From contig JBGFSC010000011.1 of the NCBI GenBank assembly GCA_041694815.1, forward strand, positions 1 through 35,279: a stretch of 35,279 bases of DNA, read 5' to 3'. The translations under genes were made by a program, and so were the position numbers. The DNA is from Elusimicrobiota bacterium (GTDB lineage Bacteria > Elusimicrobiota > Elusimicrobia > UBA1565 > JACRDR01). Positions 1 to 8,441 of this stretch are shown in pieces (within the stretch, counting starts at the first letter, position 1; each line of letters starts with the position of its first letter). Below the pieces are notes generated by a model. That model was not told the DNA's origin and did not search any database. It saw nothing but the letters and a program-made list of their open reading frames with translations.

Positions 1-32
1 AGTTGATGCAGGACTGTGTTATAATGAGGCAT
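1..32 (-). CDS. IS4-family transposase, N-terminal fragment (MPHYNTVLHQ...), runs off the window
   Basis: ATG at 32 on the minus strand with GGAGG (43->39) 6 nt upstream. The peptide resembles the MxHxNTVxxQL N-terminus of DUF4372/IS4 transposases. Only 10 codons are visible. Confidence 0.65.
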   Translation of the reverse strand, partial: MPHYNTVLHQ

Positions 33-105
33 AGGCGTCCTCCGTCGGTAGATTGCTTCCTCGCAGAAACATTCTACCAATGACGAAGGGCGCCTACGCT
101 ATTTT
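17..105 (+). ncRNA. Candidate antisense hairpin RNA and its promoter in the IS end
   Basis: Perfect extended -10 TGnTATAAT at 17-25, giving a predicted start at about 31-32. Long stem (32-40/88-96, 43-46/82-85, 47-52/73-78) followed by a T-run at 102-105. Confidence 0.4.
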
Positions 106-120
106 AACCGGACAGGAGTG

Positions 121-974
121 AAAATGACCGTCTAATGAGAGACATCCTCAGCCCTGCCATGGATAAGGCATTTCCATCGCATAAAGCCAGCGCGTTCTTC
201 GCCGACGTGAGGAGAAATTACGGCAAGATGCTCGTCCTAAAAGGAGCTCGCATAAAGCAGCCCAACCAGGCGATTGTGCCGGTACAATTTGAACGGGGGA
301 TTTTGGACATGCAATTGACTTTAGGCGCCGATCAGAAGGTCGATGGTCTTCTATTTTTGCCGCACAAAGCCGATATCCCGACTCCGAAGAGGCATCAAAC
401 CGTATTGTCTCTGCCAGTTAGCGGGCGCTGGATAGTCCTGTGGGGAGGGGATACCAGGAAATTAAACGCGCATCACGATTTTCCAAATCAGCGGTTCGCG
501 TTAGACCTGCTTGGCTTGGGAGAGGATGGCAAAACATATAAAGGTAGCGGCAGAAACAATGAGGATTATTATGCGTTTGGGCGAGATGTGCTGGCGCCGT
601 CAGACGGCGTTGTAACCGATGTAATCGAGGGTGTGCGCGATAACGATCCAGGCTCGCCGAATCAATTTTCTGCTTTAGGCAACGCGGTGTTCATCGAACA
701 TCGTTCTCATGAGATTTCCGTTTTGGCTCATCTAAAATTAGGCACTGTGAAGGTAAGAGTCGGCGAAAACGTCAAGCGCGGGCAGCCCATCGGGGTTTGC
801 GGGAATTCCGGAAATTCATCAGAACCCCACCTCCATTTTCATCTCCAGAATACTCCTGTTATCCAAGATGGAGCTGGAATAAAGATATTCTTTGACCAGG
901 TCCTCTTGGGTAAAACGCGCGCGCTGAAAAGGCAGTATTCTCCTCTAAAGGGTGACATTGTCAGTTCCCTATAA
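121..974 (+). pseudogene. M23-family metallopeptidase with DUF3887-like N-domain, probably 5'-truncated by the IS
   Basis: M23 motifs (AHL...V..GE.V..GQ.IG..GNSGNSSEPHLHF). The frame is open back to the IS junction (ENDRL-MRD...) and has no signal peptide. The region is more AT-rich than the backbone. Confidence 0.6.
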
Positions 975-2171
975 TTAATACAGCAGAAACGCGTTCCGGA
1001 TAGAGTCAAATTCCTTGGGGCCTTGGTTGAACATCCGGATCATCTCCTCCGGGCCCGCGCCCTTCTCGTAGAGCTCGCGCAGCTTGTCGTTGCCGATCAT
1101 CCGCCTCTCCTCGTCCCAGCGCACGCCGAATTCCAGGGGATGCAGGTCCCGCAGGGCGCAGAGTATATGAGCGAAAAGCTCCAGCGGGCGGAACTTGGAG
1201 CGGTCGGTGACCTGGATGCGAATCCCGCGGCAGGCCTTGTCTTTGTAAACGTCCTTTTTAGGCCTGAAGTTCTCCCGCGAGAACTTAACTCCGGGCAGCG
1301 CGGCGGATTTAAGCCGCGCCAGCAGGCCGTCGGCGTCAAGCCACGGCGCGCCGACCCAGCGGAAGGGCAGCGGCGTGCCTCGCCCGACCGAGAGATTCGT
1401 GGCCTCGAAGCAGGCTACGCCGGGATATAAAGTGGCGGCGTCCAAGTCCGGAAGGTTGGGGGATGGCTTGACCCATTTAAGGCCCGTCTGATCGTACCAT
1501 TGGTCCCGCGTCCAGCCGCGAAGCGGGATCACCTGCATGCGCACGCCGACCTTGCCGACCACGTTGTGCAGCCTCGCGAGCTCGCCCATGGTGAGCCCAT
1601 GGCGCACCGGCACCGGGAAATAGGCGGTGAAATGCCGGATTTGCGGGGAGAGTATCGGGCCTTCGACGATGTCCCCGGAGATCGGATTGGGTCGGTCCAA
1701 GACGTAGAAATCGAGATTCTCGTCCTCCGCCGACTCCATGGCCATCGCCATCGTGGTGGCGTAGGTATAGAAACGGGCCCCGACATCCTGTATGTCGAAG
1801 ACCAGAGCGTCGAGCCCGCGCAGCATGTCCGAGGTGGGGGCCTTCGTCGAGCCGTAAAGGCTGTAAATCGGGATCACGTGCCCGTTCGGGAGGCGATAGG
1901 TCTGCGACGAGATAAAGTTCGACTCGCTGGTGCCGGTGAAGCCGTGTTCGGGAGAGAAAAGGGCTTTGAGCTCCACCCCCGGCGCCGCGGCCAGGATCTG
2001 CGGCGTGCCGCGGCCGCGGCGGTCCTTGCCGGTCTGATTCGTGATGAGGCCTACCCGCTTGCCCTGAAGCTCGCGGAAGCTATTGGCCTGCAGCACGTCG
2101 ATGCCATTGAGCAGCTCGGCCGAGGCCGGGACCGAGAAGAGCAGCAGCAATGACAGTAGCCGGACGCTCAT
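975..2171 (-). CDS. namZ: DUF1343 / NamZ-family exo-beta-N-acetylmuramidase, secreted
   Basis: Motifs GLITNQTG, LFSPEHG, FDIQDVGARFYTY, DRPNP, RHGLTMGELA, PSPN and SVGRGT. Start at 2171 gives a signal peptide (MSVRLLSLLLLFSVPASA) and an ATGA overlap with the mltA stop. Confidence 0.88.
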   Translation of the reverse strand: MSVRLLSLLLLFSVPASAELLNGIDVLQANSFRELQGKRVGLITNQTGKDRRGRGTPQILAAAPGVELKALFSPEHGFTGTSESNFISSQTYRLPNGHVIPIYSLYGSTKAPTSDMLRGLDALVFDIQDVGARFYTYATTMAMAMESAEDENLDFYVLDRPNPISGDIVEGPILSPQIRHFTAYFPVPVRHGLTMGELARLHNVVGKVGVRMQVIPLRGWTRDQWYDQTGLKWVKPSPNLPDLDAATLYPGVACFEATNLSVGRGTPLPFRWVGAPWLDADGLLARLKSAALPGVKFSRENFRPKKDVYKDKACRGIRIQVTDRSKFRPLELFAHILCALRDLHPLEFGVRWDEERRMIGNDKLRELYEKGAGPEEMIRMFNQGPKEFDSIRNAFLLY

Positions 2172-3403
2172 CGCTGGCGTGGGGGCAGCTTCCTCAGGAG
2201 GATGTAGAGCTGGCCCTCGGCCCATTGGTTGACCGCCGAGGTCTTGGCCTGCGCGCCGTGGCCGACGTAGATGTCCACGCGGCCCGGCCCCTTGATCGCG
2301 CCGCCCGTATCCTGGCAGAGAGCGAAACGAGAGGAGGCGAAGCGCCCCAGTAGCTCGCCTCCCGCGCTGGCTTGGGGCATGACGGTTTTAAAGAAGGCCA
2401 CGGCCCCCAGCGGGATGTATTTGGGGTCGATGGCGATGGAGCGGCCCGCGGTCAGGGACTGCTCGATGGTGCCGAAGGGCTCCCCGTCCGGAGGCAGGGG
2501 CTTAAGCTCGAAGAAGGTGTAGCGGGGATTCTGGCTGATGAGCCACGCCTCGCCTTCGGGATGCGATAACAGATACTGCCGAAGCCGCTCGTGGGAGATC
2601 TCGGAGCTGCTCATCGCGCCGGAGCCGACTACGGCCAGGCCCACGCTGCGGTAGGGTAGGGCGTTGGTCGCTGCGAATTTTGCCAAGAGCTTGCGCTTGT
2701 CGGGCAGTTCCAGGATTCCCGAGCCCTGGATATGGATGTCGAGGCGGTCGAAGGGGTCGGCCAGCCACGCGATCTCGAGCTCCTTGCCCTGGAGCACCTT
2801 GCGCACGTCGATGTCCCGACGGTCGAAATAGGGGACGAGCTTTCCGTTGCTTATCCGCCCGAGTATCGATTCGCCTTTCCATTTGGGGTTGAAAAGGCCG
2901 AGATCTGCCTCGACCATATCCGGGGGCTTCCTATAAAGAGGATAACGGTAGATCGAGTCCGGAGACAGGCTGGCGCGCAAAGTCGGCTGGTAATAGGCGG
3001 AAAAAATCACCTTTCCCTTGCCGTCGGATCCGACGGATTGGTACAGCTCGAAATCCTGGATCAGCCGCCGGCGCAGCGCCTCGGGATCTGGCGCCTGCTC
3101 CAACGCGCCGATGAGGTCCCGGAGGGTTGCCGCCAGCAGCCCGGCTCCCACTTCCCTAGATCCGATCTGGAAGTTTTTCCTTTCCTGGGAGGCCAAATAC
3201 GCCAGATTCTTTGCCGCGGCCTTGCGCAGGCTTTCAAGATCCAGCTCGTCCTTGATCTCGGGCCATTGATCGGGCGGGAGCAGGCGCAGCGCCGTTGCGG
3301 TCGACACCGCGACCGCCGGCTCCGTCGGCGGGGGCACGCGCTTGGGCGGAGGCAGGCATGCGGAAAGCAGCAATGCCAAAAGCGGCGCGCGCCGTTTGTT
3401 CAC
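2168..3403 (-). CDS. mltA: Membrane-bound lytic murein transglycosylase A (lipoprotein)
   Basis: Motifs YYQP, IQGSG, NPRYTFF, SIAIDP and QDTGGAIKGPGRVDIY (3D domain). GTG at 3403 gives MNKRRAPLLALLLSAC (lipobox), with TATAAT 7 nt upstream. Confidence 0.9.
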   Translation of the reverse strand: MNKRRAPLLALLLSACLPPPKRVPPPTEPAVAVSTATALRLLPPDQWPEIKDELDLESLRKAAAKNLAYLASQERKNFQIGSREVGAGLLAATLRDLIGALEQAPDPEALRRRLIQDFELYQSVGSDGKGKVIFSAYYQPTLRASLSPDSIYRYPLYRKPPDMVEADLGLFNPKWKGESILGRISNGKLVPYFDRRDIDVRKVLQGKELEIAWLADPFDRLDIHIQGSGILELPDKRKLLAKFAATNALPYRSVGLAVVGSGAMSSSEISHERLRQYLLSHPEGEAWLISQNPRYTFFELKPLPPDGEPFGTIEQSLTAGRSIAIDPKYIPLGAVAFFKTVMPQASAGGELLGRFASSRFALCQDTGGAIKGPGRVDIYVGHGAQAKTSAVNQWAEGQLYILLRKLPPRQR

Positions 3404-3433
3404 CGCCGCCATTATACTATTTGATATCATCGG

Positions 3434-3517
3434 TGGTGCCAGGCATCCACTTTCTACACTTTGTTGACATTCCGTCCGGAAAGTGGAGAAAGTAGAGAAA
3501 GTGGATGCCTGGCACCA
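3434..3517. repeat. Perfect 22-bp inverted repeat with 40-nt spacer (REP-doublet/REPIN-like)
   Basis: TGGTGCCAGGCATCCACTTTCT (3434-3455) pairs with AGAAAGTGGATGCCTGGCACCA (3496-3517). A tandem 9-mer GAAAGTRGA x3 lies at 3479-3505. Confidence 0.85.
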
Positions 3518-3525
3518 GAATTTGG

Positions 3526-3554
3526 TTGACTTTTTCGACGGGACCTGCTAAAAT
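3526..3554 (+). promoter_or_regulatory. Sigma70-type promoter of smc
   Basis: TTGACT (3526-3531), 17-nt spacer, TAAAAT (3549-3554), with extended TG at 3546-3547. Confidence 0.75.
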
Positions 3555-3625
3555 GGCAGCGTTATCTGGCGGATAAATAACACTAGATAACACTAAATGG
3601 ACGATACCCCGCGACGGGAGAACCC

Positions 3626-6600
3626 ATGTATCTAAAATCGGTAGACATCGTCGGTTTCAAATCGTTCGCCGATAAGACGCATCTGGAGTTCAAGCCCGGC
3701 ATCACGGGCGTCATCGGCCCTAACGGCTGCGGGAAGAGCAATGTCCAGGAGGCTATCCGCTGGTGCATCGGCGAGATGTCATGGAAATCGCTGCGCTCCA
3801 ATTCGATGGTGGACGTGATCTTCGCCGGCACGGCCAAGCGCAACCCCATGAGCATGGCGGAGGTGACGCTGACCTTCGACAACGCCTCCGGCAAGCTGCC
3901 GGTCCAATTTTCGGAGATTACGGTCACCCGCCGGCTGTTCCGCAGCGGGGAATCCGAGTACTACCTCAATAGGACCCAATGCCGGCTGCGCGACATCAAG
4001 GAACTGTTCTTAGACACCGGCATCGGGGGGGATGGCTACGCCATCATCGACCAGGGGGGCGTCGATTTCGTCCTTTCCGCTAAGCCGGAGGACCGGCGGG
4101 CTCTGTTCGAGGAGGCGGCCGGCGTCTCCAAATACAAGGCCAAGCGCGAGGAGGCCCTGCGCAAGCTCGAGCGCGTCGAGATCGACCTCGCCCGGCTTAA
4201 CGATTCGATGGCGATGATCAACGAGCAGATCAAGAAGCTCGACTCCGACGCCCGCAAGGCCAAGCTATACCAGAAGTATAAGGAGGAGCTTGCCGCCATG
4301 GAGGCGGGCCAGATGCTCCAGGAGATGTCCTCGATCCGTTCCGAGCTCGAGAAGGAATCGGGCCTCATGGCCCCGGTCCAGGAGCTGCTCGGCCAGAAGC
4401 GGGCCGAGGCATCCGCCGAGGAGGCGAGGCTTTCCGCCTTGCTCTTGGAGCGCACCGAGCTCGAGGCCCAGGCGGCCGCCTCCAACGAGGCCATCGCCTC
4501 CGTCAAGGCCGAGCTCGTGCGGCTCGAGGAGCGCCTCAGCAACAATCAGGTGATGCGCTCCGATCTCGGCGGCCGCAGGCAGGAGGCGCTGGCCGCCCTG
4601 TCCAAGGACACCGAAAGGTCCGTCGCCCTGGATCCCGAGATCGACCGCGCGCAGGCGGCGCTGGAGCAGGCCGCCAACAAGGAGTTGGAGGCGCGTCAGG
4701 CCTTGGGCGATTTCGAAGGCGAGGCCCAGGCCTTTCAAGCGAAGCTGTCGGAGGCGCAAGCGGAGGCGCAAGCGCGTACGGCGCGCTGCCTGGAGGCCAC
4801 TCAGGCCGTCGTGGAGGCCCACAATACCTCCTCAAGCCTCCGTAACCGCCGAAGCCACGCGGAGCTCGAGCTCAAGCAGGCGCTCAAGGAACTTGGCCGG
4901 CAGGAGGAGAAGGTGCAGGCTTGCCGGGCCGAGATCGACGCGCGGCAGGCCGAAGCCGAGGCGCAGCGCCTGCGCGAGCAGGCCGGCCAACAGGAGGTCT
5001 CTCAAGCCGAAAGCCGCTTGCAGGCGGAGATCGCCCGGAAGGCCGAGCTCGAGGAAAAAATATTCTCCCTGCGCGCCGACGCGGTCCGCGTGGAGGCCAA
5101 GATAGAGGCGGTCCAAGCGCAGGGTTCCCAGGACGCCTATTGGGTCGGCGCCCAGGCCGCCGCCAACGCTGGGATTCCCGGAATTCTCGGGACGCTGAGC
5201 TCGCTTCTCCGCGTGGACCCAGCGTTCGCCTCCCGGCTGGAGGACGTGCTGGGAGAGCGCCTGTATTCCGTTGTCTGCGAGGACGTCGCCGCCGCCAAGT
5301 CCGGCATCGAGTTCCTCCGGGCCGCCGGCAAGGGCCGCGCGCGCTTTTTGGTCTTAAGCGCTTTCGCGGAGGGTGCTGCCCCCCCCGTGATCTACCCGCC
5401 GGAAGCCAGGCCCTTGGCCGAGCGCGTGTCCTTCGATCCAAGGGTCGAGAGGGCGGGTACAGCGCTTTTGGCCGAATGCTACGTCGTGGGCGACGCGCTT
5501 TTCGGCGATCACTGGGTATGCGGTGGCGCCGATATGCCCGAGACCGCGCCGCGGCTTTCGGACATCGGGGCCTTGAGCGCGGAGGCCACCGGGTTGCGCC
5601 AACGCCAGTCCGAGTTCGTTTCGATCCGCGAGGCGACCCAAGCCGCTATCGCCGAGGCGGGGGCGGCGCTCAAGCAGGCGTCCGAATCCCACCGCCAAGA
5701 CGCCGCCAAGCTCCATGCGCTCGAGGCGTCGCTTAGCCAGCGGCGCGAGAGCCTGGGCCTTCTGGAGCAGGAGGCGGAACTTTGCCGCAATGAAGCCGCC
5801 AGGCTCCAGGAAGATATCACGTCGCTGGAGCGCGAGATCGTCGAGGCCGAGGAGCAGGGCCGCCGACGGCAGGAGACCGAGCGCGAGTTCAAGGCCCTGC
5901 AAGCCGAGGCGGAGGCCAGGATCCAGACGCTTGGGGCCGAGGCCTCCGAGCTGCAGATGCGCCGGCATCGCCTGGAAAGCTCGCTGGAGCTTCTCGCGAC
6001 CCATCGCGCGGTGGCTCAGAAGGAGTTCGACCGCCTGGTCGTCGAGAAGGAGACGCTCGAGCAGGACTCCGCGCGGCGCCGCGGGGAGCTCGAGGCCATC
6101 GAGTCGCGCCTCGCCGAATGCGACAAGGTCGAGCTCGATTCCAGGCAGCAGAGTGACGCGGGGCACCGCCGCTTGGCCGAGCTCGAGGGAGCCGCCCAGC
6201 AGCTGCACTCCAGGCTTTTGGACATGACGCAAAGGGCGCAGGCCCTGCAGCAGTCCCTACGCGCGCTCCAGGAGAGTTGCGCCCAGGCGCAGGACCAGCT
6301 CCATCAGTGGGAGATTAAGGAGAGCGGCCTCAAGGCGCGCGAGCAATCGCTCAAGGGCAGGCTATGGGACGAGTGGCAGCTCACCTGGGAAGAGGCCTCC
6401 GCCAAATACGCGCAGCAGGCGGTCGATGGCGAGAAGCTGCAATTCCTGCGGCGGCGCATCCAAAGCCTCGGCAACGTCAATATGGCCGCCCCCGAGGAAT
6501 ACGAGGCCCTTAATCAAAAGCACGGGTTCCTCAACTCCCAGATCGACGATTTAAGCAAGGCGAAGGAAGACCTCCGGGCGGCGATCGGCAAGATCAATGC

Positions 6601-7117
6601 CACGACCCGCGAGAATTTCCGCCAGACCTTCACCGAGGTCCGGGAGCATTTCCGTACCATTTATGCCGCCCTTTTCGAGGGAGGGGAGGCCGACCTGGTC
6701 CTCACCGACCAGGAGAATCTCCTGGAGACCGGCATTGAGATCGTCGCGCAGCCTCCGGGCAAACGCTTGCAGAGCGTCACGCTCCTCTCCGGGGGAGAGA
6801 AGACACTCACCGCCATCGCCCTGCTGTTCGCCTTTTTCATGGTCAAGCCGTCGCCGGTCTGCATGCTTGACGAGGCCGACGCCGCCTTGGACGAGGCCAA
6901 CACCGAGCGTTTCGCGGGCATGCTCAAGGAGTTCTCGCACCAGTCCCAGTTCCTCGTGATCAGCCACAGCAAGCGGACCATGGAGGCGGCCGATCAGATC
7001 TACGGGGTCACGATGGAGGAATCCGGCATCAGCCAGATTATTTCCGTGGATTTCAAGAAAAAATCCGCTTCCGAGACCGCGCCCGAGGCTTCGGCGCCCG
7101 CGGAACCGCTAGTATAG
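3626..7117 (+). CDS. smc: Chromosome segregation protein SMC
   Basis: Walker A GPNGCGKSN, long coiled coils, central hinge, LSGGE signature and LDEADAALD Walker B/D-loop; 1163 aa. Confidence 0.97.
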   Translation: MYLKSVDIVGFKSFADKTHLEFKPGITGVIGPNGCGKSNVQEAIRWCIGEMSWKSLRSNSMVDVIFAGTAKRNPMSMAEVTLTFDNASGKLPVQFSEITVTRRLFRSGESEYYLNRTQCRLRDIKELFLDTGIGGDGYAIIDQGGVDFVLSAKPEDRRALFEEAAGVSKYKAKREEALRKLERVEIDLARLNDSMAMINEQIKKLDSDARKAKLYQKYKEELAAMEAGQMLQEMSSIRSELEKESGLMAPVQELLGQKRAEASAEEARLSALLLERTELEAQAAASNEAIASVKAELVRLEERLSNNQVMRSDLGGRRQEALAALSKDTERSVALDPEIDRAQAALEQAANKELEARQALGDFEGEAQAFQAKLSEAQAEAQARTARCLEATQAVVEAHNTSSSLRNRRSHAELELKQALKELGRQEEKVQACRAEIDARQAEAEAQRLREQAGQQEVSQAESRLQAEIARKAELEEKIFSLRADAVRVEAKIEAVQAQGSQDAYWVGAQAAANAGIPGILGTLSSLLRVDPAFASRLEDVLGERLYSVVCEDVAAAKSGIEFLRAAGKGRARFLVLSAFAEGAAPPVIYPPEARPLAERVSFDPRVERAGTALLAECYVVGDALFGDHWVCGGADMPETAPRLSDIGALSAEATGLRQRQSEFVSIREATQAAIAEAGAALKQASESHRQDAAKLHALEASLSQRRESLGLLEQEAELCRNEAARLQEDITSLEREIVEAEEQGRRRQETEREFKALQAEAEARIQTLGAEASELQMRRHRLESSLELLATHRAVAQKEFDRLVVEKETLEQDSARRRGELEAIESRLAECDKVELDSRQQSDAGHRRLAELEGAAQQLHSRLLDMTQRAQALQQSLRALQESCAQAQDQLHQWEIKESGLKAREQSLKGRLWDEWQLTWEEASAKYAQQAVDGEKLQFLRRRIQSLGNVNMAAPEEYEALNQKHGFLNSQIDDLSKAKEDLRAAIGKINATTRENFRQTFTEVREHFRTIYAALFEGGEADLVLTDQENLLETGIEIVAQPPGKRLQSVTLLSGGEKTLTAIALLFAFFMVKPSPVCMLDEADAALDEANTERFAGMLKEFSHQSQFLVISHSKRTMEAADQIYGVTMEESGISQIISVDFKKKSASETAPEASAPAEPLV

Positions 7118-7188
7118 GACTTAGGTCCTTCGCCCCAAATATTTAGGCCCCTAAGGCCCATGCACCCCTCGGGAAGCAACAATACAAT
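7116..7188 (+). promoter_or_regulatory. Box-type promoter A: two palindromic boxes plus -10
   Basis: AGGAC-TTAG-GTCCT (7116-7129), GGCCC-CTAA-GGCCC (7146-7159), 23 nt, TACAAT (7183-7188), 6 nt, ATG at 7195. Confidence 0.7.
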
Positions 7189-7194
7189 AGAGGC

Positions 7195-7374
7195 ATGGTA
7201 CGGAGAATCATGGCCTCTAAGAAGCCGAAGCTCGGCCCAACACAGCGGATCGTCCTAGGCCCCCAGGGCCTAAACGGCGCCTCGCGGCATAGAACCCAGC
7301 TTATCCTCGGGCGCGATCAATGCGCCTATCTTTGGCTAACCGATCGCGGCAAGCACCGGACGATCAAGTTTTAA
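7195..7374 (+). CDS. Small basic hypothetical protein, 59 aa (not in the ORF track)
   Basis: MVRRIMASKKPKLGPTQRIVLGPQGLNGASRHRTQLILGRDQCAYLWLTDRGKHRTIKF*. Leaderless start 6 nt after TACAAT; the stop overlaps the next ATG (TAATG). Confidence 0.55.
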   Translation: MVRRIMASKKPKLGPTQRIVLGPQGLNGASRHRTQLILGRDQCAYLWLTDRGKHRTIKF

Positions 7375-8441
7375 TGAGGCGAGCGGCCGCACCGCTCCTG
7401 GCGTTCGCGCTGGGAGCCGGATGCATCGGCGGGGCGTGGGCCCAGAATCCCAGCCTTTCGGACGACTATAAGGCGATGATGGGATGGCTTTCCAACGAGG
7501 TGGTCCAAGGCCTGGCGTTCAACGCCGGCTCCACCTTCGACCCCCCCCATGAGCTGCCCGCATGGAAATTGCAGCCCGACATCAGCGTGGGTCTCGGCAG
7601 CGTCCCGCTCGACAAGGCTAAATTCCCAAAAATGAGCGTGCCGGCCTTGGCCGAGAAGAATCCGACGGAGATGCTTCCCAACGATGTGCGCTTCCCGAAC
7701 CTCACCTTGCACATGCGCTTCGGCCTGCCCGGGCGCATGGACCTTTCCTTGCGGGGTGCGGGGATGACCGTGCCCAAGGGCCACTCGCTGGCGCCCGGCA
7801 CCCAGGGAGACGGGCAAAGCAGCACCCTAGGCCTTGGGGCGCGCAAGCATTTCTTCGGCGGCGACGACGATCCGCTGCTTAGCCTGGGCCTCAACTATAA
7901 CCACGTGCGCGGGCATTTCAATTTTCTCAACCGCATCCAATACCTACAGCTGCTGCCCGGCTACACCATCGACGCGGTCAACACGGGTCGCCTGGAGTGG
8001 AACGTCAACAGCTTCGGCGGCAACGCCGTCGTAAGCCAGACCTTCGGGGCTTGGACCCCCTTCGTGGGCGGCGGGCTCAATTACATGACCGGATCGGTCA
8101 AGGCCCGCCTGCAGTCGGATTTCGCGACGGCCCTCATCTCGCCGGCGGTGGGCGAAGCCAGCGCCAAGCCCGAGGCCATCATGACCCGCTTTATTTTCGG
8201 CGTCCAGATGGACCATTCGCGCTTCGGGCTGTTTCTCAACGGAGAGGTGAAAACCTCCGGCGCCTCGGCCGGAAAGACCTTTATCGTGTCCACAGGAGTC
8301 GCGGCCCCGTTTCGCTTCGGCGCCTCGAGGCTCTCGGCCCGGACCGAGGAGGGGTCTCGGGTCGCCTACAGGCCGCCCGGGGCCGAAGCCCTCCGCAAGA
8401 GGGAGGACGACGCGCACCCGGAGCTACTTTTCCTGCAATGA
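7374..8441 (+). CDS. Secreted hypothetical protein, probable outer-membrane beta-barrel
   Basis: ATG at 7374 gives a signal peptide (MRRAAAPLLAFALGAGCIGGAWA). Alternating amphipathic Gly/aromatic strands such as LSLGLNYNH and TPFVGGGLNY. Confidence 0.65.
   Translation: MRRAAAPLLAFALGAGCIGGAWAQNPSLSDDYKAMMGWLSNEVVQGLAFNAGSTFDPPHELPAWKLQPDISVGLGSVPLDKAKFPKMSVPALAEKNPTEMLPNDVRFPNLTLHMRFGLPGRMDLSLRGAGMTVPKGHSLAPGTQGDGQSSTLGLGARKHFFGGDDDPLLSLGLNYNHVRGHFNFLNRIQYLQLLPGYTIDAVNTGRLEWNVNSFGGNAVVSQTFGAWTPFVGGGLNYMTGSVKARLQSDFATALISPAVGEASAKPEAIMTRFIFGVQMDHSRFGLFLNGEVKTSGASAGKTFIVSTGVAAPFRFGASRLSARTEEGSRVAYRPPGAEALRKREDDAHPELLFLQ

Larger units (their letters stand above)
1..120 (-). mobile_element. Left end of an IS4-family insertion sequence (rest lies outside the window)
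   Basis: The minus strand reads CACTCCTGTCCGGTTAAAA (120->102), resembling terminal inverted repeats I recall for IS4-family elements with DUF4372 transposases. It is followed by a hairpin leader, a GGAGG SD and a transposase-like start. The other end and the target-site duplication are not visible. Confidence 0.7.

Noticed and set aside
3434..3517. CRISPR array or tRNA interpretation of the repeats here and at 15824-15940
   Set aside because: There is no repeat-spacer periodicity, no cas genes and no cloverleaf or T-loop motifs.
7997..8437. 147-aa N-terminal extension of the response regulator ORF
   Set aside because: It overlaps the barrel gene out of frame and is low-complexity. ATG 8438 with an ATGA overlap is the natural start.
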